DNA from: an uncultured archaeon
GTDB lineage: Archaea; Asgardarchaeota; Thorarchaeia; Thorarchaeales; Thorarchaeaceae
Length of the DNA: 64,000 nt
NCBI GenBank assembly: GCA_964458565.1
Contig: CAYWJO010000004.1
Span: 81,974-145,973, forward strand
Direction: 5' to 3'
The notes under the pieces were generated by a model. The model made no database searches. It was not told where the DNA came from and saw nothing but the letters and a program-made list of their open reading frames with translations. Below, in pieces: positions 19,542 to 28,624 of this stretch (position 1 is the first letter of the stretch; each line of letters opens with the position of its first letter). The translations under genes were made by a program, and so were the position numbers.

Positions 19542-19614
19542 GGCTTGGGGGTCTACCCATTCTCTCTCTCCTTCGATTCGCGTAAGAGACCCCCGCGCCA
19601 CTTTTCTATTTTCT
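19542..19614 (+). ncRNA. Candidate small hairpin RNA with pyrimidine-rich (anti-SD-like) loop
   Basis: GGGGGTCT/AGACCCCC stem enclosing CCCATTCTCTCTCTCCTTCG, followed by TTTTCTATTTT. Confidence 0.45.
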
Positions 19615-19674
19615 GTCCAGCAAGCTTTAAAGGCAAAGCAGATTTCGCAACTATCAATTCAAGGAGCGAGTACA

Positions 19675-20109
19675 GTGTCGGTAGCAAAGAAAGCTGTTGA
19701 TAGCACAATTCGCAAAGTGCTTGTTTATACTGCAGAGATAATTATGGCAATAATTCTACTGGTGTTGGTATGTCTACCACTCGCGTTTGCTATACCCCTT
19801 TGGTTTCAATGGGTTCTTTTCGGAACTCAGTCTGCTGATCTATGGTTAAATCCACTAACCCTGTTCGGAGCAGGTGGTGCAGTCTGGGTTACTGCATTTC
19901 TAGGTCTCATCGGAATCATCCTTGCTTACCCATACATGATGAAGATGATTTCCGACGAAAAATCTGAAGATGTTCAGTCTGAAGAAGAAGAAGAAGAAGA
20001 AGCAATTCTAGAAGACGCGCTTCTAGAGGAGATCGATGAAGAGGATAGTATGACTTCACTCGAAGATGATACTGACATGGATGAAGAAGATGCAGAATCA
20101 GAGGATTAA
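19675..20109 (+). CDS. Membrane protein with very acidic C-terminal tail
   Basis: Two TM segments followed by poly-Glu/Asp; AAGGAG SD. Confidence 0.7.
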   Translation: MSVAKKAVDSTIRKVLVYTAEIIMAIILLVLVCLPLAFAIPLWFQWVLFGTQSADLWLNPLTLFGAGGAVWVTAFLGLIGIILAYPYMMKMISDEKSEDVQSEEEEEEEAILEDALLEEIDEEDSMTSLEDDTDMDEEDAESED

Positions 20110-20930
20110 ATTCCGATTTTCTTGCTCAACTTCTCAACAAGTACTTCGAATGCTTTCGCAACTTCAGAATCACTTTCTTCAATTACAAAAGGTGTACCTT
20201 TATCACTGAAAGTAATGACTCTCGGATCCAGAGGAAGTGCTCCCAGATTATCTACACCATACTCCTTTGTGGCTTTCTCAACCGATCCTGAACCAAAGAT
20301 ACTGTAAGAAGAACCACATTCAGGACATACAAAACTTGCCATATTTTCAATGAATCCCAGAACAGGAACCCCCATTTTCTGTACTAGTTGAACAGCACGA
20401 CGCGCATCTAACACTGCTACTTCTTGTGGTGTTGTTACTATACAAACTCCATCGATATCTGGGATGAGTTGCAATATACTGAGAATTTCATCTCCTGTTC
20501 CTGGTGGGAGATCCACAATTAAAACATCCACATCTCCCCAATTCACCTCTGCTAAGAATTGGTTGATCACTCTGGCAACCAAAGGCCCTCTCCACGCAAC
20601 TGCATCGTCTTCATTTCGTAGGAGAAAACCCATGCTCATCACCTTTGTGTTTAGTGGTCCTTTAATGGGGTTAATTCTGTTATTTTCTACCATGGGGTGT
20701 TGCCCATCAAGTCCAAGTAGTTTTGGAACATTGGGTCCGTAAATGTCAACATCCAATATGCCTGCTTGTAATCCTTTCTTCGCAAATGACATAGCTAAAT
20801 TCGTTGCTACCGTTGTTTTTCCTACGCCACCTTTGCCAGATAAAACAACAATCTTGTGTTTGATTGCTTTCATATTCTCTCTAACTTCAGGAGGAACCAA
20901 ATCTTTCATTTTCTCTTCATCAGTAGTCAT
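20106..20930 (-). CDS. Mrp/NBP35 (ApbC) Fe-S cluster carrier ATPase
   Basis: SGKGGVGKT, DVDIYGP, WRGP, DLPPGTGD, ENM..CPEC. Confidence 0.92.
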   Translation of the reverse strand: MTTDEEKMKDLVPPEVRENMKAIKHKIVVLSGKGGVGKTTVATNLAMSFAKKGLQAGILDVDIYGPNVPKLLGLDGQHPMVENNRINPIKGPLNTKVMSMGFLLRNEDDAVAWRGPLVARVINQFLAEVNWGDVDVLIVDLPPGTGDEILSILQLIPDIDGVCIVTTPQEVAVLDARRAVQLVQKMGVPVLGFIENMASFVCPECGSSYSIFGSGSVEKATKEYGVDNLGALPLDPRVITFSDKGTPFVIEESDSEVAKAFEVLVEKLSKKIGI

Positions 20931-20996
20931 ACCAAGAACACCAAGTCTGCTGCTTGGTCACTCAGATATAAACAGTTAGAATGCGGCGTATGAACA

Positions 20997-21806
20997 TTAT
21001 TCCCGAAAGCGTTTAATTAAGTCTAAGGCGAGCTCTTTTGTACCGGCTGCGATAAAACTCATTCTTTGCGTCATATTCATTGGTAAGTTGAACCTCTCAC
21101 CAAACTGATTGATGACATATCCTCCGGCTTCGAGCACCATGTGTGTGCCGCAAACATGAACTAAAGGAAGGATATCCCGTAAATCTACCATCGCATCTAA
21201 TGCACCAGATGCAGTCCAGCATAAATCTAGAAGATTACTGCCAGTTCTTCGAGCATCATAGACGCCTCGCAATAAGCTTAGTGACCTCTCCCCAAATTTT
21301 CCATTGAGGTCTCTTTTGGTGTCATATGAGATAATAGCCGTAGAAGGATCTGTTAAACCAGAAGGTTTTATTCTTTTACCATTTCGAGTAGCACCTTTTC
21401 CTGAGATTGCTATGTATGTTTCTTTTGTGAAAAATGAGTCAATGATACTTACTTCTACATCATCCGTCGTTACTTTTTCATTGTAGGGAATTGCAGAAAT
21501 CCCTACGGATACCATTTGGATTCCACGTTCCAGATTGGTTGACCCATCAATTGGATCTATCACCGCGATATACTCTGGTGTCTTCTCGGGATTAATTACT
21601 CCTTGTTCTTCGGTAAAAAAGGCAAACGAGATGTCTGAGCTATTTAGCTCCGTTATGATGTTATCCTCAGCTTGCTTGTCTAAGAGTAGTGTGTTATCGC
21701 CATAGGGATTAACTTCACCTGTTCGTTCTGTAGCTCTTTCCAAATTACTCAAAACGGTCTCTTTAGCGATTTCAGCAGCTTTCTTGAGAATATTCACAAT
21801 TGTCAT
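20997..21806 (-). CDS. Inositol monophosphatase/fructose-1,6-bisphosphatase family protein
   Basis: TEE, IDPIDGSTN, RRTGS, GALDA. Confidence 0.88.
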   Translation of the reverse strand: MTIVNILKKAAEIAKETVLSNLERATERTGEVNPYGDNTLLLDKQAEDNIITELNSSDISFAFFTEEQGVINPEKTPEYIAVIDPIDGSTNLERGIQMVSVGISAIPYNEKVTTDDVEVSIIDSFFTKETYIAISGKGATRNGKRIKPSGLTDPSTAIISYDTKRDLNGKFGERSLSLLRGVYDARRTGSNLLDLCWTASGALDAMVDLRDILPLVHVCGTHMVLEAGGYVINQFGERFNLPMNMTQRMSFIAAGTKELALDLIKRFRE

Positions 21807-21923
21807 AACACATCATCACGTCATGCCAGTATAATCGTCTTTAAGACTATCCCCGGGTGTTGCACAATTCTTTAAATGCTTCAGGTGAGCAAAAGATATT
21901 GAAATACAAAACGGTGTAAAGTA

Positions 21924-22580
21924 ATGGGTTTCTTGAGCGGTAAAAAAAAGGTTGATACCGAACGTGGTATGCTTGAGATGAAAGGGACAATGAATGCCCT
22001 TACACTCAGGATTCGTAGATTAGAATCAAGAATGGTTGAGGAACAGAAATCTGCGAAAGATGCAATGGCAAAGGGAGACCGTGCAATTGCTAGGCAACAC
22101 TTGAGCATTGTAGTGGACCTCGAGAATCGAAGAACTAGGTATCAACAGCAATATCTTACATTAGAAACTGCACTCATGAATATTGAAGAAGCTAAAGACC
22201 AAGCTGAAGTTCTAAGAGCTTTTGGTATTGCAAATGAGGCTCTCACCGAAGCTCGCTCACTTTTAAGTCCACAAGAGATTCAGATTCAACTTGATAGACT
22301 GTCGGAATCATTCGAACATATCTCAATTGCAGGTGATTTGTTATCTGAAGACCTCTCGGGTTCCACAACAACGCTTGAAGCAGAAGACAAGATTGAACGA
22401 CAGATGGATGCACTTGAAGCTGAAATTCTATTAGAGAAAGAGGGGGTTCTTCCACCGTTACAGACGGAGGGAGAGGTTTCCAAGGAAAGAAAAGCTTCTG
22501 CTGATGAAAAACGCGTCGACAAAATGCTTACCGATTTAGAAGAGGAAGCAAAAACAGAACGTGAGAAAGAATCTGAGTGA
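21924..22580 (+). CDS. ESCRT-III (Snf7 domain, Vps20/32/60-like) protein
   Basis: Basic N-terminal helical hairpin (AKDAMAKGDRAIARQHL...LETALMNIEEA...VLRAF..ANEAL), acidic C-terminal half and MIM-like last helix. Confidence 0.8.
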   Translation: MGFLSGKKKVDTERGMLEMKGTMNALTLRIRRLESRMVEEQKSAKDAMAKGDRAIARQHLSIVVDLENRRTRYQQQYLTLETALMNIEEAKDQAEVLRAFGIANEALTEARSLLSPQEIQIQLDRLSESFEHISIAGDLLSEDLSGSTTTLEAEDKIERQMDALEAEILLEKEGVLPPLQTEGEVSKERKASADEKRVDKMLTDLEEEAKTEREKESE

Positions 22581-22610
22581 TACGCATCCATTATTTCAGG
22601 AGACCCTCAT

Positions 22611-23270
22611 ATGAGAATAAAACTTGTAGTTTTTGATGTCGATGGTACATTGACCAAACATAGCAGTATTTGGTGGAGATTACACGAATTATTTGGAACA
22701 GAGGATGAAGGTCGTCTGTACTATAAACAATATTTCGCTGGTGAAATCGATTATGATACATGGGCTGAGCTAGATGCAATGCTTTGGAAAGGAAAGCAAT
22801 TGAAAGATGTTTTAGATGCTGTTGAAAACACTCAATTAGTTCCTGGTGCAAAAGAGACGGTTGATGTATTAAAAGAAAATGGAGTGCAAGTGGCAATTCT
22901 CTCTGGGGGCCTTGATGTTCTAGCCAATTCAATTGCTCAAAGAATCGGAATCGAATTCGTATTGACCAACAAGCTTCTGCATCAAAATGGTATCTTAACT
23001 GGAGAAGTTGTGTCACTTGTTGGGTGGGGTGAGAAGATGAAGGAGATACACCAGATATGTGAGCATTTTGGAGTGAGTCTGGATGAAACTGCTTTTGTAG
23101 GTGATGGACGTAATGACATTAGTGTACTCTCCGTAGTAGGCTTGTCAATAGCATTTAATCCGGAGGATAAGGAAGTAGAGGATGTGGCTCAGGTCACTAT
23201 TCGTAACGATGACCTGACCCTAATTTTACCTCATGTTATTGGTGGAAATATGAACAGCACGAAGACATAA
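22611..23270 (+). CDS. HAD family IB phosphatase (phosphoserine phosphatase-like)
   Basis: FDVDGTL, LSGG, VGDGRND, IAFNP. Confidence 0.85.
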   Translation: MRIKLVVFDVDGTLTKHSSIWWRLHELFGTEDEGRLYYKQYFAGEIDYDTWAELDAMLWKGKQLKDVLDAVENTQLVPGAKETVDVLKENGVQVAILSGGLDVLANSIAQRIGIEFVLTNKLLHQNGILTGEVVSLVGWGEKMKEIHQICEHFGVSLDETAFVGDGRNDISVLSVVGLSIAFNPEDKEVEDVAQVTIRNDDLTLILPHVIGGNMNSTKT

Positions 23271-24463
23271 GCTTGAAGCAGAATTATCATGGCGCCTTCA
23301 AAGAAATCAAGTCTATGGTCATCAGTGATTGCCCGTTTCAAGAACCAGAGACTTCCAGCAATAACTACAATTTGGAATAGAACATACTGATCGAGTGGGA
23401 TTGGAACGAAGATCCCAATTCCACCAGCAACCAACAGAACAATCTGCAGAATACCGCCTATGAGATTTCCCACCGCGAGTCCGACCTTACCCTTTGCTGC
23501 AGCAATGAGTGCGATACCATGTTCAGGAAGCGCACCTGCTGCTCCTAGAATTAATGCAGCTATTCTTACCGGGTTTGCTACATCCTCTATAACAGTGCTA
23601 TAGTTATGAAGAAACAGTTCCACCGAGCTGGTCAGCATCTCCCCTGCAAAGAAAATGCCAACGAATCCAATAAGAGTTAGTATAATAGCACCTCTCTTTT
23701 TATGGTGGGGTACTGTAGTTTCCTTGGTTTCTGCAACATCTCCAGTCACTAATACTGCTGCATACACCAAATACGAAATAAACAACACAAGTGATGCTAA
23801 TCGTGGAAACGTGAGTCCACTCAACCCGTTAAGGTCCGTTGTACCTCCACTGGCAATATTTTCCAATGCGCGTTCAATGAATTCTAGATGGTAGACTACT
23901 CCAAGAGCAAACATACTAACAAGTGCAACTATCGTCCATCGAATTAGTACGGAATCCTTCTTGATTGCTTCTTCTGGAACTTCCATATCATCAGCTTTTC
24001 CTTTGGTTGCTATCATGATGGTAATTCCTAGGAGAAGCATATTGAACCCTGCTGCAACAAGAACTGACAGGACTGCGATGTCCAAGAGTTCCTGACTTCC
24101 TTGGGTGTATCCATTGAAAGCGGATATTCCACTAACTACAGCTTCTGGCATATTACTTGCTAGACTAGTTAACATACCTGCTACATATGCTGTAAGACCA
24201 AGGTGTCCCGCAGTACTCTCGATACCCTCTACAGCCCATTCAGATGGTCTGAATGCCAACCAGGTTCCACATATTATCCCAAGAATGATGAGGATTTCAA
24301 GATACTGATGTGTTGTTGGATAAAGGAAAAAACGCAAATAAAAATAGACTAGAATCAGTGCCAACACAAAGAATGTTTCCTTCCGTCCAATTCTGAGTGA
24401 CTCTTTGACACCATGGTATTCATGTATTCCATCAATAGATTGAGTTCCGTCTGACTGATTCAC
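23231..24463 (-). CDS. Ca2+/cation antiporter (CaCA family)
   Basis: Two alpha-repeats, LASNMPEA and GALPEH...GNLIG; about 11 TM. Confidence 0.8.
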   Translation of the reverse strand: MNQSDGTQSIDGIHEYHGVKESLRIGRKETFFVLALILVYFYLRFFLYPTTHQYLEILIILGIICGTWLAFRPSEWAVEGIESTAGHLGLTAYVAGMLTSLASNMPEAVVSGISAFNGYTQGSQELLDIAVLSVLVAAGFNMLLLGITIMIATKGKADDMEVPEEAIKKDSVLIRWTIVALVSMFALGVVYHLEFIERALENIASGGTTDLNGLSGLTFPRLASLVLFISYLVYAAVLVTGDVAETKETTVPHHKKRGAIILTLIGFVGIFFAGEMLTSSVELFLHNYSTVIEDVANPVRIAALILGAAGALPEHGIALIAAAKGKVGLAVGNLIGGILQIVLLVAGGIGIFVPIPLDQYVLFQIVVIAGSLWFLKRAITDDHRLDFFEGAMIILLQAYVFVLFIFPPIT

Positions 24464-24544
24464 TTTGTATCCTCACATGGACTCTTTTGCGTTTCGTGGT
24501 ATATTATAGACCATGTCCATTTAATAAAATGACGACTTTTAACG

Positions 24545-25717
24545 CTACTGACTTTCTTTCGGTCCATCGTAGCTGTACCTTGAACCTGAGCCAGTATTAA
24601 GAAGAATGACGTCATCGTTGTAGTCAATTTCGCCTGTTTCAACAAGATTTCTTATACCTGCCATTCCTACAGCAGACTCTGGACAGAAGTCCATCCCTTC
24701 CATTCTAGCCACCATTCTTCTAATTGAATCAATTTCTTGTTCCGCAACTGCTACTGCAGTTCCCCCCGAATCTCTAATTGCTTGTAGAATCAGCTTATCT
24801 GCAAATGGACTAGGCACTCTTAGTCCATATGCTTCCGTAGATCCATCTGGCCAAGGTTCAATACTTGGGAGATCAAGTTCTATAGCTTTGACAATTGGTG
24901 CACAACCTTCACTCTGAGCAGCATACATTCTTGGGCGTTCACTTCCGATAAGTCCCAAGGTTTCAAGTTCATCGAATGCTTTCCAGATCCCAATTATCCC
25001 TGTTCCCCCGCCAGTTGGACATATGATGGCGTCAGGGACTGACCATCCCAATTGTTCAGCAATTTCAAATCCCAATGTCTTTTTTCCTTCTACTCGATAG
25101 GGTTCTTTTGTTGTAGATAACGGGATCCAATCACCAGGTGTTTCACTCATGGCCGCTCCACAATCCGAGATAGTTCCATCTACTCGAGTGATTTTCGCAC
25201 CAAATAATTCACTTTCGTAGAAGAATGGATATGGAGTATCAAGAGGCATCCAGATATGAGCTTCCGCACCTGCTGCAGCGCAATATGCACTAAGTGATAC
25301 AGCAGCATTTCCAGCCGAAGGAAGTGCGAAAGATTTGTAGCCAAGCTCAAGATGTTTGGACACTGCTACCCCCAGTCCTCTGTCTTTGAAACTTCCTGTT
25401 GGATTCATTGATTCATCTTTTATTCTAAGCATTCTCAACCCAAGATGCTTCCCCATTCTTTGGGAAATCAATAGAGGTGTCCATCCCTCTCCAAGACTTA
25501 TAATGAAAGATGGCGATTTAACCGGTAAAAGCTGAGAATATCTCCACATTGAATTGGAATTTGAGGGGAACTCTTGTCTAGCTAAATCTTCTCTTACACC
25601 AATCATATCATATCGGGCAAGCAGAGGAGATCCACAAACACAATATGTCTTCTTTTCATGTACTGAGTGTTTACGTAAACAAAGTGGACATTCAAGAAAC
25701 TCGATATGTGAAATCAA
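24545..25717 (-). CDS. thrC: Threonine synthase (PLP fold II)
   Basis: LGEGWTPL, NPTGSFKDRG, SAGNA, EGKKT, PTGGG, NTGSG. Confidence 0.85.
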   Translation of the reverse strand: MISHIEFLECPLCLRKHSVHEKKTYCVCGSPLLARYDMIGVREDLARQEFPSNSNSMWRYSQLLPVKSPSFIISLGEGWTPLLISQRMGKHLGLRMLRIKDESMNPTGSFKDRGLGVAVSKHLELGYKSFALPSAGNAAVSLSAYCAAAGAEAHIWMPLDTPYPFFYESELFGAKITRVDGTISDCGAAMSETPGDWIPLSTTKEPYRVEGKKTLGFEIAEQLGWSVPDAIICPTGGGTGIIGIWKAFDELETLGLIGSERPRMYAAQSEGCAPIVKAIELDLPSIEPWPDGSTEAYGLRVPSPFADKLILQAIRDSGGTAVAVAEQEIDSIRRMVARMEGMDFCPESAVGMAGIRNLVETGEIDYNDDVILLNTGSGSRYSYDGPKESQ

Positions 25718-25792
25718 ACCATCTGACCCATGAATACTTATACAATCATCCTTATTTGTGTATGACTTTTCAGTAAATCAGTTGGTGTTACC

Positions 25793-27031
25793 TTGAGTAA
25801 TTTGAGACGACCAAATCTTCCCTTCACAGCACTGGTTGGTCTCGATACATTGAAGCTTTCTCTTATCCTAAATGGTATCAATCCTAAAATTGGTGGAGTT
25901 CTTATCTCCGGTCCCAAGGGTACAGGAAAAACTACAGCTGTCCGTGCTCTCGCGGATTTATTACCTGAAGTTGAAGAGGTAAAGGATTGCAGGTTCGGTT
26001 GCAATCCAAAAGGAGACAGCATGCTTTGCGAGGAATGCCAATCGACGATTGATGCAGGTAAATCTCTAAAAATCCGTACTCGTAAGATGCGTGTTGTGAA
26101 TCTTCCCTTATCAACAACTGAGGACCGACTGATTGGTGCCCTTGATATCGAACGCGTTCTAAAAGATGGAATACAAGCGTTGAAACCAGGCATTCTTGCT
26201 GAAGCTCACCAGAATGTTCTGTATGTAGATGAAGTGAATCTTCTTCCAGACCATCTTGTTGATGATTTGCTTGATGCTGCAGCTACCAAAGTGAATCTTA
26301 TAGAACGTGAGGGGATTTCAATTATGCATCCCTCTGATTTTGTTTTAATTGGTACGATGAATCCGGAAGAGGGTGAATTGCGGCCCCAACTTCTTGATAG
26401 ATTTTCATTGCACGTATCTATTGGTAGGAATCTTAACGTTGATGAAAGAATGGAGTTAGTTCGAAGGAACCTTGAATTCGAGGACGATCCTGAAGGGTTT
26501 CGAGAGAAGTGGATGAAAAAACAAGAAGAACTCCTTGATATGATTTTGAAGGCGAAAGAACTTCTCCCAAACGTGATACTATCAGATAGTAAGCTTCGAG
26601 CGATTGCTATGGCTTGTGATGCGTTAGAAGTCGATGGCGTTCGCCCTGATATCATCATCAGTAAAACTGCTATTACTCATGCTGCTTATAGAGGTAGAAC
26701 TGAGGTTACTCTTGATGATATGAAGCTTGGCGCACATCTAACACTTAGCCACAGAACCAGACGTGGTGGACTTCTGGAACCTCCTTCACCGAATGATATC
26801 AGTGATGCTATCACTAAGGCTGACGCAATCACAAAAAAAGACGATCGTCGAAAATCACCTACTGACTCACCATCTGAATCTGAGGATGATTCCGGACCAA
26901 GAATGAGTGGTGGACGTTTTGGCAGACAGTCACAAGTGCTTGAAACCGAAATGGCTGACGGTAAAAAAAAACTCCGAAGAACATTCGGAATCCTCAAGGG
27001 AATCCCATTAAGGGTACGATTTGTGCCATAA
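25793..27031 (+). CDS. Magnesium/cobalt chelatase ChlI-like AAA+ ATPase (zero-frame product)
   Basis: PFTALVG, GPKGTGKT, EDRLIGALD, LYVDEVNLL, MNPEEGELRPQLLDRF. Confidence 0.92.
   Translation: MSNLRRPNLPFTALVGLDTLKLSLILNGINPKIGGVLISGPKGTGKTTAVRALADLLPEVEEVKDCRFGCNPKGDSMLCEECQSTIDAGKSLKIRTRKMRVVNLPLSTTEDRLIGALDIERVLKDGIQALKPGILAEAHQNVLYVDEVNLLPDHLVDDLLDAAATKVNLIEREGISIMHPSDFVLIGTMNPEEGELRPQLLDRFSLHVSIGRNLNVDERMELVRRNLEFEDDPEGFREKWMKKQEELLDMILKAKELLPNVILSDSKLRAIAMACDALEVDGVRPDIIISKTAITHAAYRGRTEVTLDDMKLGAHLTLSHRTRRGGLLEPPSPNDISDAITKADAITKKDDRRKSPTDSPSESEDDSGPRMSGGRFGRQSQVLETEMADGKKKLRRTFGILKGIPLRVRFVP
26960..26990 (+). promoter_or_regulatory. Candidate programmed -1 frameshift/slippage site: A9 run plus downstream hairpin
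   Basis: GGT AAA AAA AAA CTC. The -1 frame has TAA at 26962-64 and is then open into the vWA ORF. TCCGAA/TTCGGA hairpin at 26973-26989. Confidence 0.7.
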
Positions 27032-28464
27032 TGATGATTATCCTATTTTCCTATCTTGCTTGGATTTACTGGAGTCCTATCAATACTCTATTGGGTCAGC
27101 CTGTTCCATCATTCCCTTCCCTCGTAGCTCTTCTCCTAAATACCTTGGTCTACATTCCTATCATGTATTTCACTATACGTAGATGGCTTCGTACAATGAC
27201 GCGACGAACAGGTGGACCTGCAGCTGGTATCGATGTTGTCGAGCGAGGGCGGGCTCTCCCTGAAGCTGGAGATCAATGGGGTACTGCTTCTCGACACTAC
27301 GAAACAGAAGAGCCTTCAAAGATTATAGGATCAAAATCAGATATTCGTGAACCCAGAGGTATCGATGCTGCATTCTTTGTAAGACTTCCTGATCTTGATG
27401 AAGGTGAAGAAATCTTCGATAGGGACGAGCTACTCAAAAGAGCAATGATACGATCAACTGTTTCCTCGGGTGGATGGATCAACAAACGTGTAAGTTCTAG
27501 ATCAATGGGCACATTGAAGACATCTGATTCCTCCAAACAAGGCAGACCAGTTAGGTCTCGTGCTCCCATAGGAGAGATATCAAGTATCGACCTACCTGCA
27601 ACGATACGGGCCGCTTTAGGGCGTCAAGGATATTATAATCCAACGGAAGGTTTGAGAATCCAAACTCGTGACATTCAAGAACCAGTTTACTCAGGACGGT
27701 CCCCTCTCACAGTGATATTGGTCATCGATGTTAGTATGTCTATGAAAGGCGCAATAAAATCTGTTAAGGAAGTGCTTCGACGGATAGAATCTGAAACAAG
27801 AGGGTCTCGAGACAGAATTGGTATCATTGCCTTCAAGGATAGTGGAGCTATTGAAGTTCAAGCGCCGACATCGAACTGGAACAAGGTTTACCGGGCTCTA
27901 GCCCGATTGAAAATATCTGGTCTCTCGCCATTAGCTGAATCATTGATGAAAGCAATCGAGACTATTCAACGCGAAAGAATGCGAAGTAACGAGGTTGAGC
28001 CTCTTGTCATCTTAATTTCCGATTTCGCAGCAAACATACCATTAGCTCAATCTGCTGGTCCTGGTCAGGCACAATATACTCCCATAAGAGATCTTGTAAA
28101 AGCTGCAAGATTAATCCGGAAGTTCAAAATGCGAATAGCTACAGTTAATGTAAACAAAGAACAGGTCCGATGGGTGAAATTCCTCAAACGACCTTATCAC
28201 GAGGCATTGGAACTCGCTGTTACTCTTCGAATGCGTAAGGAAGGTTTTCATGATGTAACGGAAACAATTCTTGCCATTCCCGAATTCCGTAAATCATTTG
28301 GTGCATTCTTGATTTCGCGAATTGGTGGAGGTCGTTGTTATCTCCACAAAGAGATTATGGATATGCAATCTGTACTCGGAACTCTACTAGCTGCCAATGT
28401 AACTCGATCAAAATTGAAAGCAGAAGAGATGAAGAGAGCTGAGGAATACATAGCTATTTCATAA
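27031..28464 (+). CDS. ChlD-like vWA-domain segment with two N-terminal TM helices (probably the -1 frame continuation of the ChlI-like ORF)
   Basis: IDLPATIRAA linker, MIDAS VIDVSMSM, RDRIGIIAF, GLSPLAESL. Confidence 0.85.
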   Translation: MMIILFSYLAWIYWSPINTLLGQPVPSFPSLVALLLNTLVYIPIMYFTIRRWLRTMTRRTGGPAAGIDVVERGRALPEAGDQWGTASRHYETEEPSKIIGSKSDIREPRGIDAAFFVRLPDLDEGEEIFDRDELLKRAMIRSTVSSGGWINKRVSSRSMGTLKTSDSSKQGRPVRSRAPIGEISSIDLPATIRAALGRQGYYNPTEGLRIQTRDIQEPVYSGRSPLTVILVIDVSMSMKGAIKSVKEVLRRIESETRGSRDRIGIIAFKDSGAIEVQAPTSNWNKVYRALARLKISGLSPLAESLMKAIETIQRERMRSNEVEPLVILISDFAANIPLAQSAGPGQAQYTPIRDLVKAARLIRKFKMRIATVNVNKEQVRWVKFLKRPYHEALELAVTLRMRKEGFHDVTETILAIPEFRKSFGAFLISRIGGGRCYLHKEIMDMQSVLGTLLAANVTRSKLKAEEMKRAEEYIAIS

Positions 28465-28511
28465 AATAATAATAGAATCCATTTATTTTGATGCATGTTC
28501 CTGTATAGATA

Positions 28512-28608
28512 TGCACTAGTCCGAGAGTCTGATGACATAGTGAGTGAGGAGTGCCTCGAATGAGGCTCAATGATATCACTTTTCATACATCAGCCACAGG
28601 CTAGTGCA
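28512..28608 (+). ncRNA. Candidate structured RNA (long multi-helix stem-loop) upstream of AIR-synthase-like gene
   Basis: Nested pairs TGCACTAGTC/GGCTAGTGCA, CTGATG/CATCAG, AGTGA/TCACT and GCCTC/GAGGC. Confidence 0.5.
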
Positions 28609-28624
28609 CCTACCTATTCGGTGA

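Noticed and set aside
19542-19600. tRNA-like look (TTCGATTC and a 3' GCCA)
   Set aside because: No T-stem pairing, D-arm or anticodon arm, and too short for a cloverleaf.
21940-21952. A-run in the ESCRT-III gene as a slippage site
   Set aside because: The gene is intact in one frame and the run simply encodes KKK.
26960-27000. Second BHB intron at the chlI/chlD junction (hairpin resembles the oppB insert)
   Set aside because: No central helix can form (AAAA versus ATCC), and A-run slippage explains the frame offset.
28512-28608. SECIS element or C/D box RNA (ATGA...TGAT, TGATGA)
   Set aside because: No proper helix II or apical A-rich loop, no in-frame TGA in the neighbouring genes, and no terminal CTGA box D.
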